DNA from: Acidimicrobiia bacterium
GTDB taxonomy: Bacteria > Actinomycetota > Acidimicrobiia > Spongiisociales > ZC4RG35
Assembly: GCA_040878345.1 (NCBI GenBank)
Contig: JBBDML010000019.1
Coordinates: 21,373 to 85,372 of the forward strand
Direction: 5' to 3'
Length of the DNA stretch: 64,000 nucleotides
The position numbers and the translations under genes were made by a program. The notes beneath the pieces were generated by a model, which worked only from the letters and a program-made list of their open reading frames with translations, was not told the origin of the DNA and made no database searches. Below, in pieces: positions 43,584 through 53,027 of the stretch; position 1 is the first letter of the stretch; every line of letters starts with the position of its first letter.

Positions 43584-45722
43584 TTGAAATCAACAAAGCC
43601 CTTTGGGCTTAGGTTGTTCGCCCTCCTCGCTGCCCTGGCCATGGTGCTGTCGGCGTGCCAAGCAATCACGACCGACACCACCCAGCTGGACGGAGGGACC
43701 ACCCAACCGGGTGGTCCGGGGACGACACAGCCACCGACTGCTGGAGGTGGGACATTCCGTATCGGGATGATCACCAACATCACGACAGACAACTGGTGGG
43801 CTTCGCTCGACGGGACCACCAACGCCTCTCAGAACCAGGCCTACCTGACCAACATGCATACAGCGCTCTACACGCTGTCATTGCCCGGGTTCGTCTACGT
43901 CCCCGCCATGGGGGCAACCGACGAACCGGTGGCCGCGGTCCAGGAAGGCGACATCTGGGTGGTGGAGCAGGCGATCGCGGAGGACCGCACCTGGTCCGAC
44001 GGGACCCCGATCACGGCCAACGACCTGGTGTTCTACTTCGACACCGTCCGCGGCCTTGGCCTCGGGGGCAACCATGCTGCCGGCTTCCCACCTGACGTCC
44101 TCTCGATCACGGCACCGGACGACTACACGGTGAGGATCGAGTTCGCGACCCAGCCTGGCCTTGCGGTGTGGCAGAACGGGGTTGGCTTCGCCGACTTCGT
44201 CCCGTCCCACTTCTGGCAGGAGCACGTCGACGCGGCTCGGGCAGCGTCCGACGCGATAACCGCCGGGATCACCGAAGCCGACGCCCGACAGGGCGTGGTG
44301 GACGGGCTCGCCGCCGATGAGGACCCCGAGAACGACAAGGCCGTGGCCGACGTCACTCAGGAGGAGATCGACGCCTTCATCGCCAACGCCGGCTCGCAGG
44401 AGGCCCTTGCCACCCTTTACGGGGTTCAGGGCGCTCAGGAGCCGAGCGCGGGGTCCATCACCTTCGACCAGTGGGAGACGGGCGCATTTGCCGCCACCGT
44501 CGCCAACCCCGGCTACGTCGACAATGGCACCGAGAACACCCTCTACTCAGACGGGTCGTTCCGGGTCGCCAACGCGGATCGCGGGCTCGATTCGGTGTTC
44601 GGTGGCGAAGGAAGCGGCGACGTGATCGTCTCGTACGTCGAAGGGCCGTTCGTCGGCGAGATCCTCTGGGTCGAGCACGGCACCAAGGACGCCGCCTACG
44701 AGAAGCTGGCCGCCGGTGAGATCGATTACGTCTTTGACCCGACCGGTCTGACCAGCGGTCTCCGCAACGAGCTGGCAACCAACTCGGAGCTCCAGTTCTC
44801 GGTCAACCAGACCGAGGGCTTCCGGTACCTGGCCTTCAACTTGCGCAAAGCACCGATGTCCGACCTGCCGTTCCGTCAGGCTCTGGCAACCGTCATCGAC
44901 AAGGAGCTGGTTTCCGGGACCGTGCTCGCCGGTGCCGCCATCCCTGGCTACACCGTGGTTCACCCCGACCTGACCGTGTTCTACAACGAGGAGGCGCCGA
45001 GGGCCGGTTGGGCCGAGGGCGCGCCGCTGGGCGAGGGCGAGCGTTACGACGCAGCCATCACCATCCTCAAGGACGCCGGTTACACCTGGACCACCGAGCC
45101 GGTGGTAAACCGCGACGCCGACGGCGTGTTCGTCGACGTGACACCTGGTGCCGGGCTGACGATGCCGAACGGCACCGCCGTCCCGCCATTGACCCTGATG
45201 GCGCCTGGCCCGGGTTACGACCCGTTCCGGGCGACGTTCGCCATCTGGATCGAGCAGTGGGCGAATCAGCTGGGCATCCCGTTGAGCACCGCCTCGATGG
45301 CTTTCAACGCCATCAGCGCCACCGCCTTCGACGGGACGACGCCAGAGGCTCTCAACGCCTGGGACATGTACATGCTGGGTTGGGGTGGTGGCGACCCGTC
45401 ACTGCCCGGGACGTCTCTGACGTTCTTCTTCCACTCCCGTGAGGACACCGCCGCCGGTGGGTCGAACTCACCCGGATACCACAGCGATCGCTTCGACGCT
45501 GCCTCGGATGCTTTCGAGGCGGCGACCGATCTCGAGACCGCTGCCGAGCTGACCAAGGAGATGGACCAGATCATCGCTGAGGAGCTGCCGTACATCGTGC
45601 TGTTCCGCACGCCGATCATCGAGGCCTATCGCGCCGGGGTTCAGTTCCCGGTCGAGACCATCATGGGTGGCCAGCAGGGCTTCCCCAACGCCTGGCCCAA
45701 CGCGGTGAAGGTCGCCGAGTAA
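43584..45722 (+). CDS. ABC transporter substrate-binding lipoprotein (family 5, peptide/nickel type), long form
   Basis: TTG start after GGAGG. Lipobox 'VLSACQ', then a Thr/Gly/Pro linker. 'FRYLAFNLRKAPMSD' is typical of SBP_bac_5. Confidence 0.85.
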   Translation: MKSTKPFGLRLFALLAALAMVLSACQAITTDTTQLDGGTTQPGGPGTTQPPTAGGGTFRIGMITNITTDNWWASLDGTTNASQNQAYLTNMHTALYTLSLPGFVYVPAMGATDEPVAAVQEGDIWVVEQAIAEDRTWSDGTPITANDLVFYFDTVRGLGLGGNHAAGFPPDVLSITAPDDYTVRIEFATQPGLAVWQNGVGFADFVPSHFWQEHVDAARAASDAITAGITEADARQGVVDGLAADEDPENDKAVADVTQEEIDAFIANAGSQEALATLYGVQGAQEPSAGSITFDQWETGAFAATVANPGYVDNGTENTLYSDGSFRVANADRGLDSVFGGEGSGDVIVSYVEGPFVGEILWVEHGTKDAAYEKLAAGEIDYVFDPTGLTSGLRNELATNSELQFSVNQTEGFRYLAFNLRKAPMSDLPFRQALATVIDKELVSGTVLAGAAIPGYTVVHPDLTVFYNEEAPRAGWAEGAPLGEGERYDAAITILKDAGYTWTTEPVVNRDADGVFVDVTPGAGLTMPNGTAVPPLTLMAPGPGYDPFRATFAIWIEQWANQLGIPLSTASMAFNAISATAFDGTTPEALNAWDMYMLGWGGGDPSLPGTSLTFFFHSREDTAAGGSNSPGYHSDRFDAASDAFEAATDLETAAELTKEMDQIIAEELPYIVLFRTPIIEAYRAGVQFPVETIMGGQQGFPNAWPNAVKVAE

Positions 45723-45746
45723 CGACGACCCGAAAGAGGTGAGTTA

Positions 45747-45772
45747 GGAGGGGGGTCGCAAGGCCCCCCTCC
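45747..45772 (+). other. Intercistronic GC stem-loop (GGAGGGGGG-8nt-CCCCCCTCC) between the SBP and permease genes
   Basis: Perfect 9-bp stem seen directly. No T-tract follows. Confidence 0.6.
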
Positions 45773-45798
45773 AACCCCGGTCGAGGAGGACCGAAGCC

Positions 45799-46962
45799 TT
45801 GCTCAAGTTCCTTTCCAAACGCCTGGCCCAGATGGCGTTCTTGTTCTTCCTCTTCTTGAGCCTCGTCTTCTTCCTGCTCCAGGCTCAGCCCGGTGACATC
45901 TCCAACCTGTTCATCGACCCCAACCTCCCCAGAGAGGTGCAAGAACAGGTCAGGGAGCGTCTCGGCCTCGACGGGAGTGTCTGGCAGCAGTGGTGGACCT
46001 ACATCATCAATTTCTTCCAAGGCAATCTCGGGGTGAGCTTCTCCCAATTCCCCCGTCCGGTCACCGAGATCATCCTCGAGCGGCTCCCACGGACCCTCTT
46101 CCTGTTCACCCTGGCAACCTTGTTCTCTTATGTCCTGGGATTCAACCTGGGCAAGCACCTGGCCTGGCGGCGCGGCGGCTTCTCCGAGTACTCGGTGACC
46201 ATCAGCGGTGTCCTCCTCTACACGGTGTTCTACCCATGGTTCGCCGTCATCATGATCCTCACCTTCGGTTCGAGGCTCGGGTTCTTCCCGATCAACGGCT
46301 TCCTGACACCGGAACTGTGGCGTAACGCCCCGTACGGCGGGAATCAGGTGTTCAACCAACTGCTCCTGTGCCTGGCGATCGCCGGGGCGGTTGCCGCGGT
46401 GACGGCCCTGGTGGCCCGGCGCCAGGAGGAGAGACCCCGGGCCCGGATGATCCGCCGAGTCGGGTACGGGCTGGCGATCGCCTCGATATTCCTCTTCTGG
46501 CTCCCCCAGACCACGATGAGGCCGTTTGCGCTCGACATCGCCCACCACGCCGTCCTGCCGATCGCCACCCTGACCCTGGTGGCGTTTGCCGGGGTGATGC
46601 TGCTCACGAGAGGCTCGATGCTGGAGACGCTTCGGGAGGACTACATCCTCACCGCCAGGGCCAAGGGGGTCCCCGAGCGTGACATCCGCGACCGTCACGC
46701 CGCCCGCAACGCCCTGCTCCCCGTGGTCACCTCTTTCGTCCTCGGTCTGGCGTTCATCATCGGCGGGGGAGTGGTCACCGAGACAGTGTTCTCCTGGCCA
46801 GGCATGGGTCAACTCCTGCTCGGGGCGACCCTGATCGAGGACATCCCATTGGCCACCGGTGCTCTGGGGTTCATCGGGATCCTGGCGCTCTTCGCCCACT
46901 TGATGGTTGACCTGCTCTACGCGGTGCTCGACCCACGAATACGAATCCAGGCAGGGACATAG
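45799..46962 (+). CDS. ABC transporter permease (DppB/OppB-like)
   Basis: TTG start. 'MLKFLSKRLAQM', EAA-loop region 'YILTARAKGVPERDIRDRHAARNALLPV'. Confidence 0.85.
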   Translation: MLKFLSKRLAQMAFLFFLFLSLVFFLLQAQPGDISNLFIDPNLPREVQEQVRERLGLDGSVWQQWWTYIINFFQGNLGVSFSQFPRPVTEIILERLPRTLFLFTLATLFSYVLGFNLGKHLAWRRGGFSEYSVTISGVLLYTVFYPWFAVIMILTFGSRLGFFPINGFLTPELWRNAPYGGNQVFNQLLLCLAIAGAVAAVTALVARRQEERPRARMIRRVGYGLAIASIFLFWLPQTTMRPFALDIAHHAVLPIATLTLVAFAGVMLLTRGSMLETLREDYILTARAKGVPERDIRDRHAARNALLPVVTSFVLGLAFIIGGGVVTETVFSWPGMGQLLLGATLIEDIPLATGALGFIGILALFAHLMVDLLYAVLDPRIRIQAGT

Positions 46963-46972
46963 GAGTCGGGTC

Positions 46973-48094
46973 ATGGTGATCAAGGAGCAGGACCCGTCGG
47001 ACCTCCTCACCCATGCCGAGGACCAGGTCCTCGCCGCCGGAGACGACCTGCCCCAATCCTTGTGGAGGGTCCGCCTCACCCTCGCCTGGAAAGGTTTCAA
47101 GAGGAACTGGGCACTGTTCGCCGAGAACAAGATAGGGCTTCTGGGCCTGGCCATCATCGTCTCCTTCGCTGCACTCGCCCTCTCCTACCCGCTTCTACGG
47201 TCAGTGGGGCCCTGGCAGGACGACGCCGTCTACGACCCGATCATCGGCCATGAGGCGGTGCTCGAGGACTTCGAGATCGTGGCCACGGCCGCCGACGTGG
47301 TCGACCCCACCGTCCAAATGGATGCCAACACCGCCCAGCTCTTCTGCTTCGGCGCCGGGCCGGGCGACACCTGCACCATCGCCAGACAGCCAGCCCGTCC
47401 CGGTCCCGACCACATCCTGGGCACCGATCCGCTGGGAAGGGACATCGCCAGCCAACTCGCCTTCAGCACCCGGGCGGCCTTCATGCTGGGGATGATCGCC
47501 GCGGTGGTCACGGTGGTGGTCGCCACCATCGTGGGCTCGATGGCCGCCTTCTACGGGGGCTGGATCGACAACTCCCTGATGCGGCTGGCCGATTTGGTGC
47601 TGCTCCTCCCCCTGATCCCGATCCTGATAGTGATGTCGGGTCTGTTCCAGATAACCCTTCCCCTCCTGGGGATACTCATCGGGATCCTGTCCGGGTTCGG
47701 GGGCACTGCCATCGTGCTCAAATCCCAGGCTCTCTCGATCAAGGTGAAGCCCTTCATCGACGCCGCCCGGGTATCGGGGGGGTCGAACCGTCACCTCATC
47801 TTCAAGCACATCATCCCCAACGTCCTTCCGCTGAGCTTCCTCTTCATGGTGTTCACCGTGACCGATGCCATCTCCCTGGAAGCCACGCTGTCGTTCTTCG
47901 GGTTGCTCAACGTCGACATGAGCTGGGGGATCATGCTCAACATCGCCCAGACCGAGGGGTACCTCCGATTCGGGCTCCAGTACTGGTGGTTGCTGGTCCC
48001 CGGTGGGCTCGCCGTCACCCTTCTCGCCGCCGGCTTCTTCTTCGTCGGCCGTGCCATGGACGAAGTGATCAACCCGCGGCTCAGGGCACGATGA
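46973..48094 (+). CDS. ABC transporter permease (DppC/OppC-like)
   Basis: ATG 46973. 'GTDPLGRDIASQL', 'FIDAARVSGGSNRHLIFKHIIPNV'. Confidence 0.85.
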   Translation: MVIKEQDPSDLLTHAEDQVLAAGDDLPQSLWRVRLTLAWKGFKRNWALFAENKIGLLGLAIIVSFAALALSYPLLRSVGPWQDDAVYDPIIGHEAVLEDFEIVATAADVVDPTVQMDANTAQLFCFGAGPGDTCTIARQPARPGPDHILGTDPLGRDIASQLAFSTRAAFMLGMIAAVVTVVVATIVGSMAAFYGGWIDNSLMRLADLVLLLPLIPILIVMSGLFQITLPLLGILIGILSGFGGTAIVLKSQALSIKVKPFIDAARVSGGSNRHLIFKHIIPNVLPLSFLFMVFTVTDAISLEATLSFFGLLNVDMSWGIMLNIAQTEGYLRFGLQYWWLLVPGGLAVTLLAAGFFFVGRAMDEVINPRLRAR

Positions 48095-49104
48095 AGGGCA
48101 ACGGCGCAGAGGCACCGGTTCTAGAAGTCAAGAACCTGGTTATGAACTACGAGATCAAGTCGGGGATGGTCTCGGCGGTGGAAGACGTCTCGTTCACACT
48201 CCCCAAGGGCAAGTCGCTGGGCCTGGTGGGGGAGTCGGGATGTGGCAAGACCTCGGTAGCACTCACCCTCCTCCAACTCCAGGCATCCAACGCCAGGATC
48301 CTCGGGGGCGAGGTCATCCTCGACGGCGAGAACCTCCTCGACCTGTCGCCCGAGGAGATGCGGAAGCGACGGTGGTCGGGTATCTCCATGGTCTTCCAGG
48401 GCGCCATGAACTCATGGAACCCGGTGTATACCGTGGGCGAGCAGATCCGGGAGGCCATCGATCTCCACTGGCGGCCGAAGCCGACCGCGGCCGAGGCCCG
48501 GGCCAAGATCGTCGAGCTGTATCAGATGGTCGGCCTCAACCCAGAGATGATCGACCGCTATCCCCATGAGTACTCGGGTGGGATGAAGCAGCGGGCCGTC
48601 ATCGCCATGGCGCTGTCCTGCAACCCCAAGCTGATCGTGGCCGACGAGCCCACCACCGCCCTCGACGTCATCGTCCAGGAGCAGATCCTCGCCGAGCTGA
48701 AGAAGATCCAGGAAGAGCTGGGGATGAGCATCATCTACATCTCCCACGACATCGCGGTGATCGCCGAGATCACCGACCTCCTCGGGGTGATGTACGCCGG
48801 CAAGCTGGTCGAGGTCGGCTCCACCTCCGAGGTGTTCGCCAGGCCACGGCACCCCTACACTTGGCTGATCCTGTCGTCGACGCCGTCGATCACCGGCGAG
48901 CGTCGGAAGCTTGCCCCTCTCGAAGGGGAGCCGCCCAACCTGCTCGACCCACCGACCGGCTGTCGGTTCCACCCCAGATGCCCATTCGCCACCGAGGTCT
49001 GTGTCACCAAGGAGCCGCCGCTCGAGGACATCGGGGGTGGCCACTCCGTTGCCTGTTGGAACTACCAGATGGTGCCGGAGACCCTGGCCAGGGGGGTGGT
49101 GTGA
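48091..49104 (+). CDS. ABC transporter ATP-binding protein (OppD/DppD-like)
   Basis: ATGA overlap. 'GESGCGKTS', 'YSGGMKQR', '[11 protein letters not shown]', C-terminal oligopeptide '[10 protein letters not shown]'. Confidence 0.9.
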   Translation: MKGNGAEAPVLEVKNLVMNYEIKSGMVSAVEDVSFTLPKGKSLGLVGESGCGKTSVALTLLQLQASNARILGGEVILDGENLLDLSPEEMRKRRWSGISMVFQGAMNSWNPVYTVGEQIREAIDLHWRPKPTAAEARAKIVELYQMVGLNPEMIDRYPHEYSGGMKQRAVIAMALSCNPKLIVADEPTTALDVIVQEQILAELKKIQEELGMSIIYISHDIAVIAEITDLLGVMYAGKLVEVGSTSEVFARPRHPYTWLILSSTPSITGERRKLAPLEGEPPNLLDPPTGCRFHPRCPFATEVCVTKEPPLEDIGGGHSVACWNYQMVPETLARGVV

Positions 49105-50162
49105 GCCAGCTCAACGGGAAGGTCCGGGTCCGGGTGGAGAATCTGGAGAAGCGATTCCCCATCTCCAAAGGGCTGTTCCGGAAGGCCACCGACTTCGTCC
49201 ATGCCGTGGACGGGATCAGCTTCGACATCAACGCCGGAGAGAGCCTGGGGCTGGTCGGCGAGTCCGGGTGTGGCAAGACCACCACCGGGCGGATGCTGGT
49301 CAAGCTCGAGGATTCGACCAGCGGCACCATCCTGATCCGCGACGGCAACACCGACGAGCTGGCCGATGTCACCCAGATCCATGACAGGGCGGACCAGAAG
49401 GAGTTCCGGAAGAACGTCCAGATGATCTTCCAGGACCCCTACGAGTCGATGAACCCGAGACGGACCATCTTCGACGTGGTTGCCGAGCCGTTGGCGGTGC
49501 AGGGCATCGGGACCACCGAAGAGCGCGAGGAGAGGGTTGTCGCCCTCCTGCGGATGGTTGGTCTCACTCCGCCCGAGCCCTTCCTGTTCCGTTACCCCCA
49601 CGAGCTCTCCGGCGGGCAGCGGCAAAGGGTGGCAATAGCCAGGGCGCTGGTGATGGAGCCGTCCTTCGTGGTCGCCGACGAGCCGACGTCGATGCTCGAT
49701 GTGAGCATCCGGATCTCGATCATGCGGCTCATGCTCGAGCTGGCGGAGCGACTCGGCGTCACCTATCTATACATAACCCACGACTTGGCGGTTGCCCGCT
49801 ACATGTGCGACCGGATCGCGGTGATGTACCTGGGGAAGATCGTCGAGATGGCCCGCACCGAGGAGCTGCTCACCAACCCGATGCATCCCTACACCAGAGC
49901 GCTCCTCTCCGCGGTGCCTGTGCCCGACCCCCAGTACCGTCGGCCCCCAGTGGAGATCGAGGGCGGGATAGCCAGGGCGGTGAACCCCTCCGCAGAGTGT
50001 CGTTTCCTGGCGCGGTGCCCCTTCTCCACCGACGTCTGCCGGACCGCGCCTCATCCCCAGCTCGACGACCGAGGTGGTGAGCATTACGTCGCCTGCTACC
50101 TGGTGGCACCGGACGGGACCTGGACCGGAGCCGACCGGGCCGTGCTCAACCTTCGCTCCTGA
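49101..50162 (+). CDS. ABC transporter ATP-binding protein (OppF/DppF-like)
   Basis: GTGA overlap. 'GESGCGKTT', 'LSGGQRQR', '[11 protein letters not shown]', 'CRFLARCPF'. Confidence 0.9.
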   Translation: MSQLNGKVRVRVENLEKRFPISKGLFRKATDFVHAVDGISFDINAGESLGLVGESGCGKTTTGRMLVKLEDSTSGTILIRDGNTDELADVTQIHDRADQKEFRKNVQMIFQDPYESMNPRRTIFDVVAEPLAVQGIGTTEEREERVVALLRMVGLTPPEPFLFRYPHELSGGQRQRVAIARALVMEPSFVVADEPTSMLDVSIRISIMRLMLELAERLGVTYLYITHDLAVARYMCDRIAVMYLGKIVEMARTEELLTNPMHPYTRALLSAVPVPDPQYRRPPVEIEGGIARAVNPSAECRFLARCPFSTDVCRTAPHPQLDDRGGEHYVACYLVAPDGTWTGADRAVLNLRS

Positions 50163-50210
50163 CCTCGAAATCCTGCTGTTTTGGCACCGAGAGCGGTTTC
50201 ATCTGACCTG

Positions 50211-51875
50211 ATGACCTCTTCCCGCCGGTGGTCCCGGCTGATCGGTGTCGGTGTCCTCACCCTGGCGGCGTGCTCCGAGCCGGCGACCGGCACCACCACG
50301 ACGGGCCTTCCGCTGCCCACCACCTCAACACCCGTCTCCAGCCCCAGCACCATCGACGTCAGCTGCCCCGATGTCTTCTGTGTGATCTTTCACATCCGCC
50401 CCGACGCCACCTGGTCGGATGGCGCGCCGGTGGTCGGGGCGGACTTCGCCTATACCCTGGACCTGGTCACCGACCCCCGCGCCCCCGGCTCCGGCAACCC
50501 CGGGTACTCGCTGATAACCGCCGATCGAATCCTCGATGACAAGACCTACATGGTCGCCATGTCGCGGGTCTTCTCCCCATGGCGGACCATGTTCGACATC
50601 GTCCTCCCCGCCCACGCCGAGTACGACGCAGACGCCCCGGGGCCGGTCACCGGCCCATTCACCTTCGTGGAGTGGGTCGAAGGAGACCGCATAGTCCTCG
50701 ACCGCAACCCGTGGCACACCCCGCAGGATGGGAGCCCGGCCGGTGACGTCGACCAGCTCAGATTCGTCTTCCCGGGGAGTGTCAGGAACATGATCGGAGA
50801 CCTGGAGAATGGGGCGGTCGACGTCATCGACCTCCGGCCGCTCGACTGGACGATCGAGGACATCAGTGGCATCGAAGGCGTGGAGTACCGGGTCGGCCCC
50901 GGCCCGTTCTGGGAGCATGTCACCTTCAACCACGACGATCCGCTCCTGTCCCAACGCTGGGTCAGGGAGCTGATCGCCCTGACGATCGACCGGGAGGCCA
51001 TCCTCGACCTCACCGTCCGGGGGATCGACCCCACCGCCGTGCCGCTCGGCAACACCGTCTGGATGCAGGATTCGCCGTCTTACCTCGACCAGTTCGGGAT
51101 CGGGCACGACCCGGCGCTCGCCGAGCAGATGATGATCGACCGCTTCTGTGAGAGGGGCGAGGATGACGTCTACTCCTGTCAGGGCAGGCGGATGTCGTTC
51201 ATCTGGGCCACCAGCGTCGGCGACCCATTCCGGGAGGCCCAGGTCGACCTGGCGGTGGAGCGTATGGAGGCGATCGGAGTCGAGATCGTGCCATTGCTGC
51301 TGACACCGTCGGACCTGTTCTCCCCCGAGGTGATCTTCGGGGACCACCGTGTCTGGCAGATCATCAGCTTCTCCTGGAAGGCGGCCGCCGACCCATTCCT
51401 CGGCGACAGCACCTATCAGTGCCAGGGTTCCGGCCCACATGGGATGGGCGCCCTCAACGTCAATCGGTATTGCCGGGAGGAGGTTGACTCCCTGATCACC
51501 TCCACCAGGGCGATCCTCGACCTCGACGAGCGGTCGCGGGTCTACAACGAGGCCGATCGCCTCTATCTCGAGGACATCGCCGTCATCCCCCTATACCAGA
51601 AGCCTTCAATCCTGGCCTGGCGATCGTCCATCGCCGGCCCTGAGCTCAACCCGGGCGCAACCCCGATGTGGAACGTCGGCTCATGGTCGGGACTGGAGAC
51701 GGTGGTGGTGGCCCTTGAGATCGAGCCGACGGCCCTGGTGCCACTGGTTCCAGCCAACGATGCCACTGCCGTGGTGAGGAGCGCGATGTATCTGGGGGCC
51801 TTCTCGGTGACGCCGCGGCTCGAGTACGTGCCGGCTTTGGTCAGCGGGGCCGACACCATCGTGAACGGAGGCTGA
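50211..51875 (+). CDS. Second ABC substrate-binding lipoprotein (family 5)
   Basis: ATG 50211. Lipobox 'LTLAACS' plus a Thr/Ser/Pro linker. 'WEHVTFNHDDPLL' and the overall SBP_bac_5 layout. Confidence 0.8.
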   Translation: MTSSRRWSRLIGVGVLTLAACSEPATGTTTTGLPLPTTSTPVSSPSTIDVSCPDVFCVIFHIRPDATWSDGAPVVGADFAYTLDLVTDPRAPGSGNPGYSLITADRILDDKTYMVAMSRVFSPWRTMFDIVLPAHAEYDADAPGPVTGPFTFVEWVEGDRIVLDRNPWHTPQDGSPAGDVDQLRFVFPGSVRNMIGDLENGAVDVIDLRPLDWTIEDISGIEGVEYRVGPGPFWEHVTFNHDDPLLSQRWVRELIALTIDREAILDLTVRGIDPTAVPLGNTVWMQDSPSYLDQFGIGHDPALAEQMMIDRFCERGEDDVYSCQGRRMSFIWATSVGDPFREAQVDLAVERMEAIGVEIVPLLLTPSDLFSPEVIFGDHRVWQIISFSWKAAADPFLGDSTYQCQGSGPHGMGALNVNRYCREEVDSLITSTRAILDLDERSRVYNEADRLYLEDIAVIPLYQKPSILAWRSSIAGPELNPGATPMWNVGSWSGLETVVVALEIEPTALVPLVPANDATAVVRSAMYLGAFSVTPRLEYVPALVSGADTIVNGG

Positions 51876-53014
51876 TGGGCCCGCTCGTGGGTTTGCGAGT
51901 GGTGGAGTTGGCCGGTCTCGGCCCGGGGCCGTTCTCCGCGATGGTCCTGGCCGATCTGGGCGCTGACGTGATGCGTGTCGATCGGGTCGAGTCGGTGACG
52001 GAGGGCCACACCCCGTCGACACGCAACGATCTCCTCAATCGCGGCAAGCGGTCGGTCGCGGTGGATCTCAAACAGTCGGCGGGCGTAGAGCTGGTTCTCG
52101 GGCTGGTCGCCGGGGCAGACGCCTTGATCGAAGGGTTTCGGCCGGGTGTCACCGAGCGTCTCGGGCTAGGCCCGGCGGAGTGTCTGGCACGCAACCCTGG
52201 CCTGGTCTACGGGAGGATGACGGGTTGGGGGCAGACCGGGCCGATGGCTGGAGCAGCCGGACATGACATCGACTACATCGCCCTCTCCGGGGCGCTCGCC
52301 TCGATAGGGACCACCGAGAGGCCGATCCCACCGCTGAACCTGGTGGGAGATTTCGGCGGTGGCGGGTTGATCCTGGCCCTCGGAGTCGTCTCGGCCATCC
52401 TCTGGTCCCGAGATAACGGGGTGGGTCAGGTGGTCGACGCCGCCATGACCGATGGCTCGGCCCTCCTGATGACCTCACATCACGGCTATCTGTCCGAGGG
52501 GTGGTGGGTGGCTGACCGCGAGTCCAACCTCTTCGATGGCGCCGCTCCCTTCTACACCACCTACCCCGCCTCCGATGGGAGGCACCTGGCAGTGGGGGCC
52601 CTGGAGCCTCGTTTCTATGCCGAGCTGCTTCGGGTTCTCGACCTCGACCCGGAGACCCTCCCCCAGCAACTCGATCGGTCCGGGTGGCCCCGGCTGAGAC
52701 AGGAGATCGGTGATCGCTTCGCCTCGAGGACGAGGGAGGAGTGGGCACGACGCTTCGATGGGACGGACGCCTGCGTTGTCCCGGTCCTCGACATGGCCGA
52801 AGCCCCCGGCCATCCCCACAACCTCGAGCGGGCCACTTTCGTCGAGGTCGACGGGATCACCCAACCCGCCCCCGCCCCCCGGTTCTCGGGTACCCCGGCG
52901 GAGATCTCCCGTCCCCCGAGCTTCCCCGGTGAGCACACCAACGAGATCGTCCTCTCTCTGGGTTATAGCCGTGACGACCTCGGTATGCTCCGGCGATCCG
53001 GAGCCATTGCATGA
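51875..53014 (+). CDS. Family III CoA-transferase fold: alpha-methylacyl-CoA racemase-like (CaiB/BaiF family)
   Basis: 'GLRVVELAGLGPGPFSAMVLADLGADV', 'GFRPGVTERLG', 'GHDIDYIALSG'. Confidence 0.85.
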   Translation: MGPLVGLRVVELAGLGPGPFSAMVLADLGADVMRVDRVESVTEGHTPSTRNDLLNRGKRSVAVDLKQSAGVELVLGLVAGADALIEGFRPGVTERLGLGPAECLARNPGLVYGRMTGWGQTGPMAGAAGHDIDYIALSGALASIGTTERPIPPLNLVGDFGGGGLILALGVVSAILWSRDNGVGQVVDAAMTDGSALLMTSHHGYLSEGWWVADRESNLFDGAAPFYTTYPASDGRHLAVGALEPRFYAELLRVLDLDPETLPQQLDRSGWPRLRQEIGDRFASRTREEWARRFDGTDACVVPVLDMAEAPGHPHNLERATFVEVDGITQPAPAPRFSGTPAEISRPPSFPGEHTNEIVLSLGYSRDDLGMLRRSGAIA

Positions 53015-53027
53015 ACTTGGAGGAAGA

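Noticed and set aside
45661-47157. 498-aa minus-strand ORF across the ABC permease gene
   Set aside because: Antisense to a permease with an EAA loop and TM helices. No recognisable features.
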